Shown here: piece by piece, positions 1 to 10,933 of the stretch
How positions within the stretch are numbered: position 1 is the stretch's first letter
Layout: every line of letters starts with the position of its first letter
DNA from: Ignavibacteriota bacterium
GTDB taxonomy: Bacteria; Bacteroidota; Ignavibacteria; UBA10030
DNA: 64,000 nucleotides
Assembly (NCBI GenBank): GCA_963727825.1
Contig: CAVSHO010000013.1
Coordinates: 1 to 64,000, forward strand
Reading direction: 5' to 3'
Translations under genes and position numbers: made by a program
The notes under the pieces: generated by a model
What the model saw: only the letters and a program-made list of their open reading frames with translations
Database searches by the model: none
What the model was told of the DNA's origin: nothing

Positions 1-787
1 CGTACATTGTAGAATTAATTTGCACTTCGCGTAAGAGTCGTTCTTGGTCTAACAGAAGTTGAGGCGAACCGCTGATGCTCCGGTTTTTCTCACGAAACTC
101 TTCTAAGACGTTTTCTGCTTTTGAAAGATCAGCTTTCACTTCTACGAGACGAGCCTCTATCCATTTCCTCTGCTCTGAAGCATTCGTGTTTCTCTTTGTT
201 CTGATGAAGGTATCCAAATAATGTATTACATTATTTAAGATATCTGCAGACAATTGCGGTTCCTCGGTTTCAAGAGCCATTGTTACTACACCTGTTTTCA
301 AGTCTAAAGCGATGTCTAATCCTGCACGAAGCGTTGCCAATGCTACTTCAAAATCACGATCTGAATTCTTTTGCTTTATGCCCCAGTATTGTATAAGATT
401 TACAGAATCAGAAAAACTCTTCGTTTTATATTTATCATAAACAACATTTCGCAGAACTGATTCACTTTTAAGAATGGTTGGATATAACTTTACTATCGAT
501 ACTTCACCGCCAACAGCTATGCCTGCCATTGCTGCTAAATCTGACATACTGCTTAACGACCCAAGTTTGGATTTTTCTGTTTCAGGTAAAACGACCGCTG
601 TCGACTTAAACGATTCTGGTATTATCAAACTAATAATTATTGCCAGCACCGTTACGACGCCGGTAACAATGCCAATAAACTTTCTGGATTTCCATAGAAG
701 TGTAATTGTGTCCATCCAATTCTTATGAATTGGACTATTCGAGGATTGTGCAGAAGTTTCTTCGGTGTTTTGAGATAGAGTTTTCAA
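1..787 (-). CDS. Polysaccharide chain-length determinant (Wzz / Wzc N-terminal-like), partial; runs off the left edge
   Basis: Not in the ORF track because its stop is outside the window. My translation from TTG787 (or ATG715): ..WMDTITLLWKSRKFIGIVTGVVTVLAIIISLIIPESFKSTAVVLP.. then coiled-coil RKWIEARLVEVKADLSKAENVLEEFREKN. It lies directly downstream of the SLBB export gene. Confidence 0.85.
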   Translation of the reverse strand, partial: MKTLSQNTEETSAQSSNSPIHKNWMDTITLLWKSRKFIGIVTGVVTVLAIIISLIIPESFKSTAVVLPETEKSKLGSLSSMSDLAAMAGIAVGGEVSIVKLYPTILKSESVLRNVVYDKYKTKSFSDSVNLIQYWGIKQKNSDRDFEVALATLRAGLDIALDLKTGVVTMALETEEPQLSADILNNVIHYLDTFIRTKRNTNASEQRKWIEARLVEVKADLSKAENVLEEFREKNRSISGSPQLLLDQERLLREVQINSTMY

Positions 788-1039
788 TTTTAATCAGCAA
801 ATTGTGAACAATGAATAGTAATTAGTTGTTAAATACTTTGCAATAAGTTATTAGCGATGAGCGATAAGTCATTCGTAGCAAACACTTCTGATAATGCCTC
901 TTAAAAGCCGTTCCACAGATGTACAAAACAGGATTAATTTGTTCAATCATTATTGTAACTTGCGATACCCTTTTAATCTTTCCAATTGCATTAAACCAAT
1001 CTCACATCACATATGACTCTTTACTCTTTACTGTTTTTA

Positions 1040-3484
1040 CTACTTCGTAACCTGCACAATCGCTACCATCATCGTTGCAATGCTCACAAAAATCGTTGCC
1101 CAATCGCGTAAAACGGGGAGTGTCGTGTTCTCTTTCTCGATCTTTTTAGGAACGAGAATCACACTTCCGCCAGGGATTTCGGGATCAGGAAAGAAAAACC
1201 AACCCTTTTCCCATTTCCGTCCATTGGGTAATGTCACATAGATTCTACCGTCATCAGCTTCATCTTTTAATCCCCCGGCTTGATTTAAATAATAGCTTAG
1301 ACTTCCACCTTCTTTGTGAACAACGGCAGAAGGGACAAACACTTCGCCACGGACTAAAACTACTTCTTGTTTGAATGCAATAGTAATACTGTCATTGGCT
1401 AAAAGAGAAATATTATCAAGAGATTTTTCATCCGCGATAGCTTTTTGAAAGTCTATCGGAACTAATCCAGCATTATTCCATTTTCTAAATAGAGTTGAAC
1501 CCTCTAAATATGCTCCAGGACGTAAACCACCTGCTCTATTGATAATTGAGGATAATTTTTCTCCTTCATATTGTAATGCATATGAACCGGGAAAGAGAGT
1601 GTAACCTGTAATGACGACAACCCGCATACTATTGAATTTAGCATCAACCGGCACCATAAGATGGTCATAATCTTGTAATAATCCATTATTACCCAATTGA
1701 TTATTCCAATAAGAATCTTGAACATTGAATTGGAATACTTTGCTTAATCTACCAAGGGTGGATGTATCAACGCGAGCAAGCTCCCAATAGGTTTTTGATG
1801 CATATTCGGTTAACCCGCCTGCCATAACGACAAGATCAGCAACTGTCATACTATCATTACGTGGATAAGTACCCGGATTTCTTACTGCCCCTCCAATACT
1901 TACTGTATGCGGAGGGAAGAATTGGCTTTCTTTATAAATAACGAGTGAATCTTCATTTTTTAATTCAATATTATTATTTATTTCTTCAAGAAGCGCAAGC
2001 CTGGGACTGAACGGAATTACCTCTCGACGAAGATTAGATAATAATCTGAAGATAGTCCCTCGTTCAGAGAATGTATTCCTATCTAAACTATCTGCCTCCA
2101 TAATCAGATCTTTGACTCGCATACCTGGTTTTAATTCGAAGACTCCAGGTTTTTTTACGTTTCCAGTAATAGTTATTCGGTTTTCCGGAACTGAACCAAC
2201 TTGAAAAACTTTAACAATGTCTCCATTCCTTATCTTAAAATTACTTGTTTCAAGTTCTGTATAAGTGGAAAAGTGCAGATCGTAATCCAAATAATTATTT
2301 GTATAATTTTTTCTTTCTTCAAAGGGCACAATTCGTTCAATATGAATTCGATCAATGTAAGCATCGAATCTCAACCCTCCGGCAATTCTTAATACATCAC
2401 CAAGAGATTCAGACTCTTTCAATTCATAAATCGCAGGCCGAAGGACAAAACCTGCTATAGCAATCCTTTTTTGTATGGGCTTGACAAAGACAATATCACC
2501 GTCTTGTAACCAAACATCTTTCGATTTATCTCCACGTAATATATAATCATAAGAATCAATAGTAGAAATACATTTATTATTACGCATTACTTCTATTGAA
2601 CGAAGAGATCCATTAATAGTCGGCCCCCCCGCTACATACAATGCAAGAAAAGAAGTCGACATAGAAGAAATTGCGTACCCTCCCGGTTTCTTTACTTCAC
2701 CCAGCACAAACACCTGAATAGTTCGAAGTTTTCCAATAGATACATCCAGCCATGTATTTGCATCAGTTCCGCCATTACGCAGTCCTGAATAAAAAGAAGT
2801 AAGCCGTTTGAGCAACCGCGCTTTTGATGTTTCTATCGTTAGTCCTTGAACCGGAACAGGTCCTGCATTAGGAATAACAATATTTCCTTCTCTATTAACT
2901 ATCAAACGTGTAAAAAGTTGTGCTTCCCCCCACATAGTTATCAGTAATTCATCGCCAGGACCAATAATATAACTTGGCGATGTAGGTGCATTACGCATGG
3001 GCTCAAACGTGGATGCAGCAGGTTGGAACAAATTATATCCAAAAGGGCGCAACCCTTTTGCATTCGCTCTTCCATAAAATCCTGGAATAGAATCTAAAAG
3101 CATTCTTTCGGCTAACCTATCAGCTAAATTTAGTGAATCTTCAATATGTTTGCCCAAAGTATCTCGTTTTAAATATTTAAATTCTCGCCGTTCTTCCCAC
3201 TGAGCAGCAGTTGTATCTTCCGTTTGTTCTATTGGTTTACCACTAAGAATATCGAAATATTGCTGTGCATTCAGACCTAGTGCTTTGGCTCTTTGTTGAA
3301 ATTCCTGATCAGTAAGTCCAAGCTCTTTTATTTTTTCTTTGATTTGCTCCGGGGTATAATTCTGAAGCTGAGTTTCCACTTCCTGTTTAGTTGCATCTTT
3401 TTCCTGAGCAATGACATTTGGGGCATATGACACCATAGAGTAAAAACCCAGTATAAGAATAAATATTTTAAGTTCTTTTTTCAT
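1040..3484 (-). CDS. Polysaccharide export protein with multiple SLBB repeats (Wza/KpsD-like)
   Basis: Poly_export motif YIIGPGDEL..WG, and repeated V.G.V..PG.Y...L..AGG SLBB units. Signal peptide from MKKELK (ATG 3484; the ORF track starts at 3517). Confidence 0.9.
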   Translation of the reverse strand: MKKELKIFILILGFYSMVSYAPNVIAQEKDATKQEVETQLQNYTPEQIKEKIKELGLTDQEFQQRAKALGLNAQQYFDILSGKPIEQTEDTTAAQWEERREFKYLKRDTLGKHIEDSLNLADRLAERMLLDSIPGFYGRANAKGLRPFGYNLFQPAASTFEPMRNAPTSPSYIIGPGDELLITMWGEAQLFTRLIVNREGNIVIPNAGPVPVQGLTIETSKARLLKRLTSFYSGLRNGGTDANTWLDVSIGKLRTIQVFVLGEVKKPGGYAISSMSTSFLALYVAGGPTINGSLRSIEVMRNNKCISTIDSYDYILRGDKSKDVWLQDGDIVFVKPIQKRIAIAGFVLRPAIYELKESESLGDVLRIAGGLRFDAYIDRIHIERIVPFEERKNYTNNYLDYDLHFSTYTELETSNFKIRNGDIVKVFQVGSVPENRITITGNVKKPGVFELKPGMRVKDLIMEADSLDRNTFSERGTIFRLLSNLRREVIPFSPRLALLEEINNNIELKNEDSLVIYKESQFFPPHTVSIGGAVRNPGTYPRNDSMTVADLVVMAGGLTEYASKTYWELARVDTSTLGRLSKVFQFNVQDSYWNNQLGNNGLLQDYDHLMVPVDAKFNSMRVVVITGYTLFPGSYALQYEGEKLSSIINRAGGLRPGAYLEGSTLFRKWNNAGLVPIDFQKAIADEKSLDNISLLANDSITIAFKQEVVLVRGEVFVPSAVVHKEGGSLSYYLNQAGGLKDEADDGRIYVTLPNGRKWEKGWFFFPDPEIPGGSVILVPKKIEKENTTLPVLRDWATIFVSIATMMVAIVQVTK

Positions 3485-4291
3485 GATATCCCTATAGTAC
3501 AATGGATAAAATATCAATCATTCTCACTTAATATCGACACGATCATTACTCATTCCAAGGAGAACTGATCGTGCGCTTTTCATATTACTTTCAAAAAAGC
3601 AGTAAATCATTTTATAGTCGTTTTGATTAGCAACTTTCTTCTTCGTTATCAATTCATCACATTCGAAATAGTAGAAATTAATACCTGATATGATCTTCCA
3701 ATACTCCAATATATGCAATTTAAGATTATTTATTCAGTAGTCCAACTCCTACACACCTTGGATATCGCTTATGAATCATAGATAATTTGTTGAATTTTAG
3801 AAATGTTTTTTATTTCTCTCTATCAAGCATCGGAAGATACTTAATATTTAGCTTTATCTCAGCGTTCTTAGATATAATGTTTTTTTTGACTTTTGAATGA
3901 GCATACACCCTAAATATTTCTTCAGATTTTCTTTTTCATTAATAATACAAAAAAAATCTCAAAGAATATTGAAATATGCAGAAAGCACCTATCAATACTT
4001 ACAGCCGTTGGTTATTGAGAAACGCTATGCGGAAAGTATTGAAGTAAGTAGAGTCAAGTCCTCGCTAAACTCCTTACCTTATTATCTCGAAATTATCCTA
4101 TTGGATTAGCGGACGTATCAATAATGTCCGATTAGGGAAGTAGGTCCATTTTCTGGACAGTACCGAAGTTGGCAATCTAAAAAACATATACCTATATTTT
4201 GAAAAGCATAGATATCGCGATTTTATGTCATGTATGAGACTTATAATTACATCTCATTTTATTTTTCCAGTAACAAGAAATAATCTACAGT

Positions 4292-5405
4292 TTACTTCAG
4301 TAGGACCATCTTTTTAACCTCGCGATATAATCCTGCCGTTACAACATACAGGTAGATGCCGCTCCCCATTTGGACACCTTTGCAGTTCTTTCCATCCCAG
4401 ATCGTCATATAACATCCGGCATTTATATCAGCGCTCATCAACTGAATAATTTCGCGTCCGGTGATGTCGTATACTTTGACATCTGCGTAAGTTGCTAAAG
4501 GAACTGAAAATCGTATAGTCGTCAATTGATTAAACGGATTTGGATAGTTCTGTTCCACCTTAAATACATCTGGAATTTCTAGACAGGATATTGAACCAAT
4601 GGCGTTTTGAACTTGAACGTTTGTCTTGATAATGTAGTATCAATTCCGTCAGTTGCATCGACGTACCAGGTAAACTCGGTGTTCTCTTTCAGTGCTTGCT
4701 TCGTCAATGTAAGCGTAGTATCCGGAAGATTGCTAAAGCTCAAGTTGGAAAATGCACTACTGAGGTGGACATTATATCTTACAATGTCACCAGTATCAAT
4801 ATCGATTGATTTCGACCACACAAGTAAAACACTTAAGATAGTATCGATTATACTCTCATTTTGTGGACCTAATAATTGGAAGGCTTTTGGAGCATTATTA
4901 ACTATAATCTTACCTGAATCAGTTTCGTTAGAATATATTTGTTCATTCCATCCCGCAATTCATTGCTGACAATGATAATAGGACTTGAACCACCGCGTAG
5001 TGCTGTAAATATTATAGTAAAAAGAGTACCAGAGCCGCTGACAGTCCCACCACCACAAATTGCTTGATCGACAGTGATCCTATTAGGTGCTGCTGGAGGT
5101 GGGGGTTGCGGTACAACACCAAGGAATACAGAATTTGAATTGTTTCCTTTCAGGAACGAGCCACCAATTATACTGCTATAGCGCAGAATTGTACTATCGA
5201 ATGCTAATGTCACACTTGAAGCAAAAAGATTTTCAGAACCTTCTACCTTAATATCAATAGTGGCTGTATGTGAGGGCTGCACTTTCATTGAAGAAGGTGA
5301 TACCATAACGATCGTTTTTATTTGTCCCTGAACGAAACTTTTCAAAGCAAGCAATTCTAGAGAAACGACGATAAGAAGACATAATTTTTTATTAAAAGCC
5401 TTCAC
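4292..5405 (-). CDS. T9SS cargo protein: signal peptide + cohesin-like domain + Ig/FN3-like domain + T9SS C-terminal sorting domain (two frameshifts)
   Basis: ORF pieces 4902-5405, 4579-4821 and 4292-4558 join after frame changes near 4935 and 4580. Cohesin-like ATIDIKV...SVTLAFDSTILRY...SGSGTLFTIIFTA; CTD QNYPNPFN...WDGKN...SGIYLY...KKMVLLK. Confidence 0.75.
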
Positions 5406-5651
5406 AAGGATTATTCCATATTACGTTTTTGCTACTCACTCAGCATTCATTTTTGAAATCTATTGTTAGTGCCTGTGAAGTGGCCTCTTGTAAAACGGAC
5501 CAATAGTGTCTGACATCTGGAGTAATTTTCTCTTAAATCACTTGGCAACTTTGATTAAAGCCTTCTTATAGCATCAGTAATATTTTTTGCAAATTGCTCT
5601 CGCTCTGCCAACAGATGTTGGTTAAAAGTACAATAAATTGGTCCTTATTTT

Positions 5652-5731
5652 AGAAACCTATCCCGCCCGTCAAAGCTAGCTTTGTACATCTCCCTGTTGT
5701 AGTTATGCCGCTGAGGCGGGCGGGCGTTTCT
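5652..5731. repeat. GC-rich branched inverted repeat (REP-like or structured element)
   Basis: AGAAAC/GTTTCT and CCCGCCCGTC/GGCGGGCGGG arms enclose the palindrome CAAAGCTAGCTTTG and a TACA/TGTA stem, in an otherwise AT-rich spacer. Confidence 0.55.
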
Positions 5732-5791
5732 CTTCACTAATGAAAAATAACTTTTTCCAGTATTGATTAATTACATTGAGTAATCTTCTTG

Positions 5792-8518
5792 CTATTTCAA
5801 TAGCAACATTTTCTTTGTGCTGATAAAATCATGACCTGAATTCGATGTGGGATCAATTGCTCGTATCTGGTAAAAATAAATGCCAGATGGGACTAACTGT
5901 TGCTGTGTATTCCTCCCATTCCATTCAACTTGATAATAGCCAGCATTCTGTTGTTTGTTTATAAGTGTCACAACTTCACGTCCGAGAATATCAAATACAT
6001 TCAACTTGACATAACTATCCGCTGACAGCTCGTAATTGATAGTCGTAGAGGGATTAAAAGGATTAGGATAGTTTTGAATCAATGCATATGTAGTCGGAAC
6101 ATTAGAAGTTAGAGCTTCTTTTGAGCCTATAAGAATTTGGATGTCGTGATTATTATCATCTCGTGCTTTTACAGATTGAATATTAATATCATAGTTGTTC
6201 GATTTATAGCACTGCTTAAAAAACACATTGGCAAAAATTCCATCTTTTGTTAAACCATCATTTTCAGTGCCAACAACAGCAGCATCAAGAGTTATTATAT
6301 TGCCTTTCGCCTTTGCTGCCATAAAACAATATTCATGATTCATTTCGCCGCTTTTTTCATAACCTATATATTCCAGCGAAGTTGATGGATATACCAAGGA
6401 AATAGATAATGCACGAACATTCATATCAGCGCCTGAAATTAATAGTGGAACAGTTACAATACCATCTGTGCTTTGTGAAATTTGTTGAGTACCGAAGGAA
6501 AACAGGCGCCAAATTATATTTATGTAGTTGATTCATTGCAGTTTTTCCATATCCAATAGAGAAAATGGCAAGATCTTCAAATTGGATATGTCCGTCTTGG
6601 TTTGGCATTGCGAAGTAACTTCCAATAGAATTTGTCGGACCGATATCAAACTTTGCCTTGTAACCAGCAGGCACACCGTCGGATTCACTGAAGTAAGCTA
6701 AAGCAAACTGCACAAGATCGTCGAAGTTGATTTTGCCATCTCCACTTGTTGTTACATTATTCTGAGATGCAAAATCGCCAAGATAAAACTTTATGCATCC
6801 GGAGTGTGATGTAACCTGGATGTTCTGTTGTGCATCACTATCAAAATATCTGAAGTCAGTCGCAGTAGTTGTGATTTCATTGAAACCCGGCCGTATGATT
6901 GTAAAATCCAATTGTGCCAAATATTTTCCTGCTGACGGTAATATATTGAGGCTTGAACTCGCACCCGTATTAACCCTCTTTTTACCAGCAGAAATATCTT
7001 GAGTTGCAAAGAAGTCAAACATATTTCCGTTTGTTACTGACAGGTTTGCCATAGAGGTATCCCAATTGATTTCAAACTCAGATGCACCAATGGATTGCGA
7101 TCCTACTGGCACTACATAAAATGTCATTTTGGGAGAATTGTATGTCCAATCATCGGCGCCATAAATAGTTCCATTACCAATTCCTGAATGCGGAAAGACA
7201 ACTGCGTGATTATCATCTGGTTGGGACGGATCACTTGTTATAAATAATTCTAATCCAGCAGAAGATCCCGTACCGCTGACAGCGATATTTCTTGTGCCTG
7301 CACCTGTGGATGTGCATGCAATGTTTCCTGAAAAAGAATTAGCGGTGGTAGGGTTGAAGCGTACATCAATACTAGCTCTCCGTAACGGAACCGTTCGTTT
7401 GTGTAAGAGCTATTGGATTAATGGAAAAAGGATTAGTACCTATTCTAATTTCAAAGCCTATAGGTGGAGTAATGTCGATATTGTTTGTTAAGTTCAGTCC
7501 GCTTACAATAAAATTTTGTGGATTAGAAGAATTGCCAACTGGAATAGTGCCGAACGAAGGAAGTGATGAAGTACTGACTGTAATAGTTGGAGTGTTTGTA
7601 CTAGTCAACAAAACACTAAAATTATCGAACTGACTTGTTTGTGCTACAGCCGTTGCATAGGCCCAATAAAAACCAAAATGCGTTAATGATAGTTGAGGTG
7701 TATGTATTATCCAAAGTTATTGAACCTTTTTGATTTGTAACTCCTGCTGATGGATCTGTCCAACTTGAGGATCCATCATCACGAACAAACAGCGACCAAT
7801 TGTCTCCATTTGGCTCATATTTTACACGCACACTCACATAGTTATTTACAGCGCTGATATCATTGTTCCCGGAGCTGATAAGATTTGTGATTGTACCGGT
7901 AAGTCCTCCCGCAAATTTTACTAATCGAATTGGATCCGGAGTGCCAGAACTACCAAACACGACTGCATATCCATTCCCTGCACCTGTGCCGGTAAAAATG
8001 CCATTGGAAATCCCTAAAATAATTGCTGTTCCATAATTGCTTGCCGCCAGCCCTGAGGGATTTGTCGTTCTATTGTATCTATAATTAAACGTCCATTCAA
8101 TATTATATGTGTTTAAATGAAGCGTCTGATTATAAGTATTCAAAAAATCTTGAGTCATTCCGGAAACGTATACTATCCCATCACCATTAGTAGCCGAAGA
8201 GGCATCATTTGTAAGCTCTAAGAAGGACCCGGTATTTATGCTTGCACCACCATCTCCAGCTGTTACTGTGATGGAATATGTCGTTGGTGTTCCCGAGGTG
8301 AGATTAGCTCTGTTGAAATTATCGAAGAATACCTGGGTTTGTCCCATAGCTTTTGTCCCAATGAACGCGAAGAGAAATATTGCTACCAGGCCTGCCCATG
8401 CGTAAATTCCCCTAATAGATTTTTTCGCGGTTTCGATGTCAGTAGCCGCCAGAAATTTCTCTGCTTCCGGCTGAAAATATAGATTCCTTGACAAGAAAAG
8501 AGAGTAGTAGCGTTTCAT
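5792..8518 (-). CDS. Large T9SS cargo: extended signal peptide, beta-rich N domain, ASH-type Ig domain, cohesin-like, dockerin-like, second cohesin-like, CTD (three frameshifts)
   Basis: Pieces 7622-8518, 7372-7611, 6426-~7370 and 5792-~6495 join in order. ASH-like IDVRFNPTTANSFSGNI..VSGTG; duplicated Ca-loop DGKINFDDL / DGHIQFEDL; CTD QNYPNPFNPSTTI..KKMLLLK. SD AAGGAGG precedes ATG 8518. Confidence 0.75.
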
Positions 8519-9312
8519 AGTTCCTCCTTGATATAGGTATTTTGATCATTTGTGCATTAAGTCATCCTGCCCCTGATTGAATGTATGCTGATATCGGAAA
8601 TCGTTTACATAGAATTGATTCACATCTTTTACTATCTGATTTTAATATTTCCTTTTCATGTATGTGCATCGCTTCCCATAAATTGCCTCCTTCCAATCAT
8701 CAAATGAATCCTTTATTATTGAAATTCCGTTAATCATAATATATGCGGCATCATAGCCATATTACTTTTTCTTAATGTCACACTTTTTTCACCATTGCCA
8801 GTTCTCAGTATTTTTAAGATAGTATATATCCATCACCGTCAATGATGTTTTTAGAGATGTCGTACGACCATGCAATGAATAAGCTATATAGGCTTATGAT
8901 TATGCATAGTTAAATAAACTGTTCGCTTTAAAACAAAATATTCAGTTTCTTAAATTCCGAATATTTAATTTTTAATAAGGATTTGTTTAGTACGATGTAA
9001 TTGGTAATTATGAGTGGTGTAAATATATTATTTAGCTAATTAATCCGCAATCACGTATTTGCGTGTTTTTTAAAACATCGAAATAAAATATATTGGTAAG
9101 AAGAAAATATACGTTTTTTATTCTAAGCATCGCCAAAGACAGAAAAACGCATACTTATACACTGTGAGAGAGCGTTTTTCATTGGTCGAATGCTTTGCAA
9201 AGCAGGGTAAGCAAATCCAATTAGAGAAAGAATAAATTTGTTACTTAACAAATGATAGAAGCACAACGTCGTTTCTTCTTTATGTGAAAACGACATCTCT
9301 GAAGCACTTAAA

Positions 9313-9810
9313 TTATTTTTTCTTTTTCATTTCTCGAGTTAATTTCGACCAGAGACTGGCCATGTCTTCTGAAACGAGTTTTACGTCACTTAATACCGGC
9401 ATGAAATTCGTGTCTCCATTCCACCGTGGAACAAGGTGAAAATGTACGTGCTTATCAATTCCTGCACCTGCAGTTCTTCCTAAATTTGCGCCGAAATTAA
9501 AGCCTTGAGGATTCAAGATTTTTTCGAGTGCCTTAATACATTTTCCCGTTACCATCATAATCTCGCTATACTCTTCGCCGAAAATACTTACAAAATGAGA
9601 TGCGTGACGATATGGAACAATCATTAAGTGTCCACTGTTGTACGGATATTTATTCATCACAATAAAGCAGAATTTCCCCCGCCAAATAATAAGATTCTTA
9701 GCATCTCTAGTTTCCTTGTGAACACGGCAAAAAAGACACGAATGTGAATGTTTTTTCTCGCTAAAAGTTTTGATATAAGCTGAACGCCAAGGGGAAAAAA
9801 GATGCTTCAT
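9313..9810 (-). CDS. HIT-family hydrolase (FHIT / Ap4A phosphorylase-like)
   Basis: PWR..YI, CLFC, NKYPYNSGHLM and the histidine triad HVHFHLVPRW. Confidence 0.9.
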   Translation of the reverse strand: MKHLFSPWRSAYIKTFSEKKHSHSCLFCRVHKETRDAKNLIIWRGKFCFIVMNKYPYNSGHLMIVPYRHASHFVSIFGEEYSEIMMVTGKCIKALEKILNPQGFNFGANLGRTAGAGIDKHVHFHLVPRWNGDTNFMPVLSDVKLVSEDMASLWSKLTREMKKKK

Positions 9811-9982
9811 TTTAGAACCGACGAATAGTAAATAATAATGGATATGTAACGATTAAATAGATTGATAATTTACAATCTAGACTCTTCGCACATAATTTAT
9901 GGAACAAATGCATTCCAATCAAGCCGACAAGATGCTGTAATTGCCGAGTAATTTCACTTTACGGAGTGTTTGAAGTTAAATT

Positions 9983-10931
9983 CTATAATTCATATTTAAC
10001 TTGAAGTGTTGGCATAAACTCTACTAAGTTTCCATCAATTCTTTTTAATTGAAGATACCCGTGCAATTGAATTCTATGGTTAATCTTTGATGCATTCCAA
10101 GCTGCTTCAAGTGCGCTAACAATGTGATTAGCCACAATAATATAAGAAACTGCAGTCGCGATATTATAAGAGTTGTTTGCATCGCCTCTCATGTGACTAT
10201 ATGCAATAAATTCCGGAGAAACATTGCCTATCCCGTTATTTGCAATTACATCTGCTTTTGTATATGATGCTGCATCATCCCAACCGCCGCCGAATTGTGA
10301 ATATTTTCCAATCATTTCATAATATTGTTGATCGCCGTATGGCGCAAGTTTATGCGTAAAGCCTGTAGGTTGAATATTCATATCCCCCGCTATCAGACCT
10401 TCAGCGTCATTTAAATTCATCCCAACTGACATAAATCCATGGACTAGCGATATTTGGAGCTTGTTGTCCAGGAACAATCATGTTATTGTAATATGCTGGA
10501 TAATTGGCCTGTATCCAATAGGCGTACCTAATAACCGACCAATGCGTATCTGCATAGTTTTGAAATGCTTGTGTTTGCTGATCTCCTTTTTTCTCATACT
10601 TCGCATATGCAATCCATGATATAACTTCAACTCCTAAAAACGCTGCACCCTGCCAATAAGATTTTGTGTAAAATTGGCCTGCTCCAGGTATGACAGCTGA
10701 AAATAACCCAGCAAGCAATGGAGAATACTTTTTCTTTGCACTCATACTTTTTATATCATCAAAACCATTAATAACTCTAGTTTGATCCATTTGATTAATT
10801 AAATCAATATGCAAATCGCCAGTCAAGAATGCATTATTTGCTTTATCTGCGGATATATTCAAATATTGGCTTTGCATTGTATCGGCGAGACAAAGAGCAA
10901 AGAGTCCAGCTATTAAGATTCGATATTTCAT
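9983..10931 (-). CDS. Exported/membrane protein with DUF5683-like N-terminal motif (one frameshift near 10413)
   Basis: KYSPLLAGLFSAVIPGAGQFY motif. ORFs 10407-10931 and 9983-10477 join as WDELNDAEG if one T is removed from a TTT run. Confidence 0.65.
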
Positions 10932-10933
10932 AT

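Noticed and set aside
3524-4109. ORFs 3524-3718 and 3897-4109
   Set aside because: Short, in AT-rich intergenic DNA, with no motif or clear SD. I also found no ops/JUMPstart element upstream of wza.
5660-5725. Faint c-di-GMP-I riboswitch resemblance on the minus strand (GGCA..AAAGC)
   Set aside because: Lacks the GNRA tetraloop, the GACGC segment and the receptor stem.
8465-8490. TEV-site-like RNLYFQP in the signal region
   Set aside because: Chance match; the P6 and P1' residues are wrong and there is no vector context.
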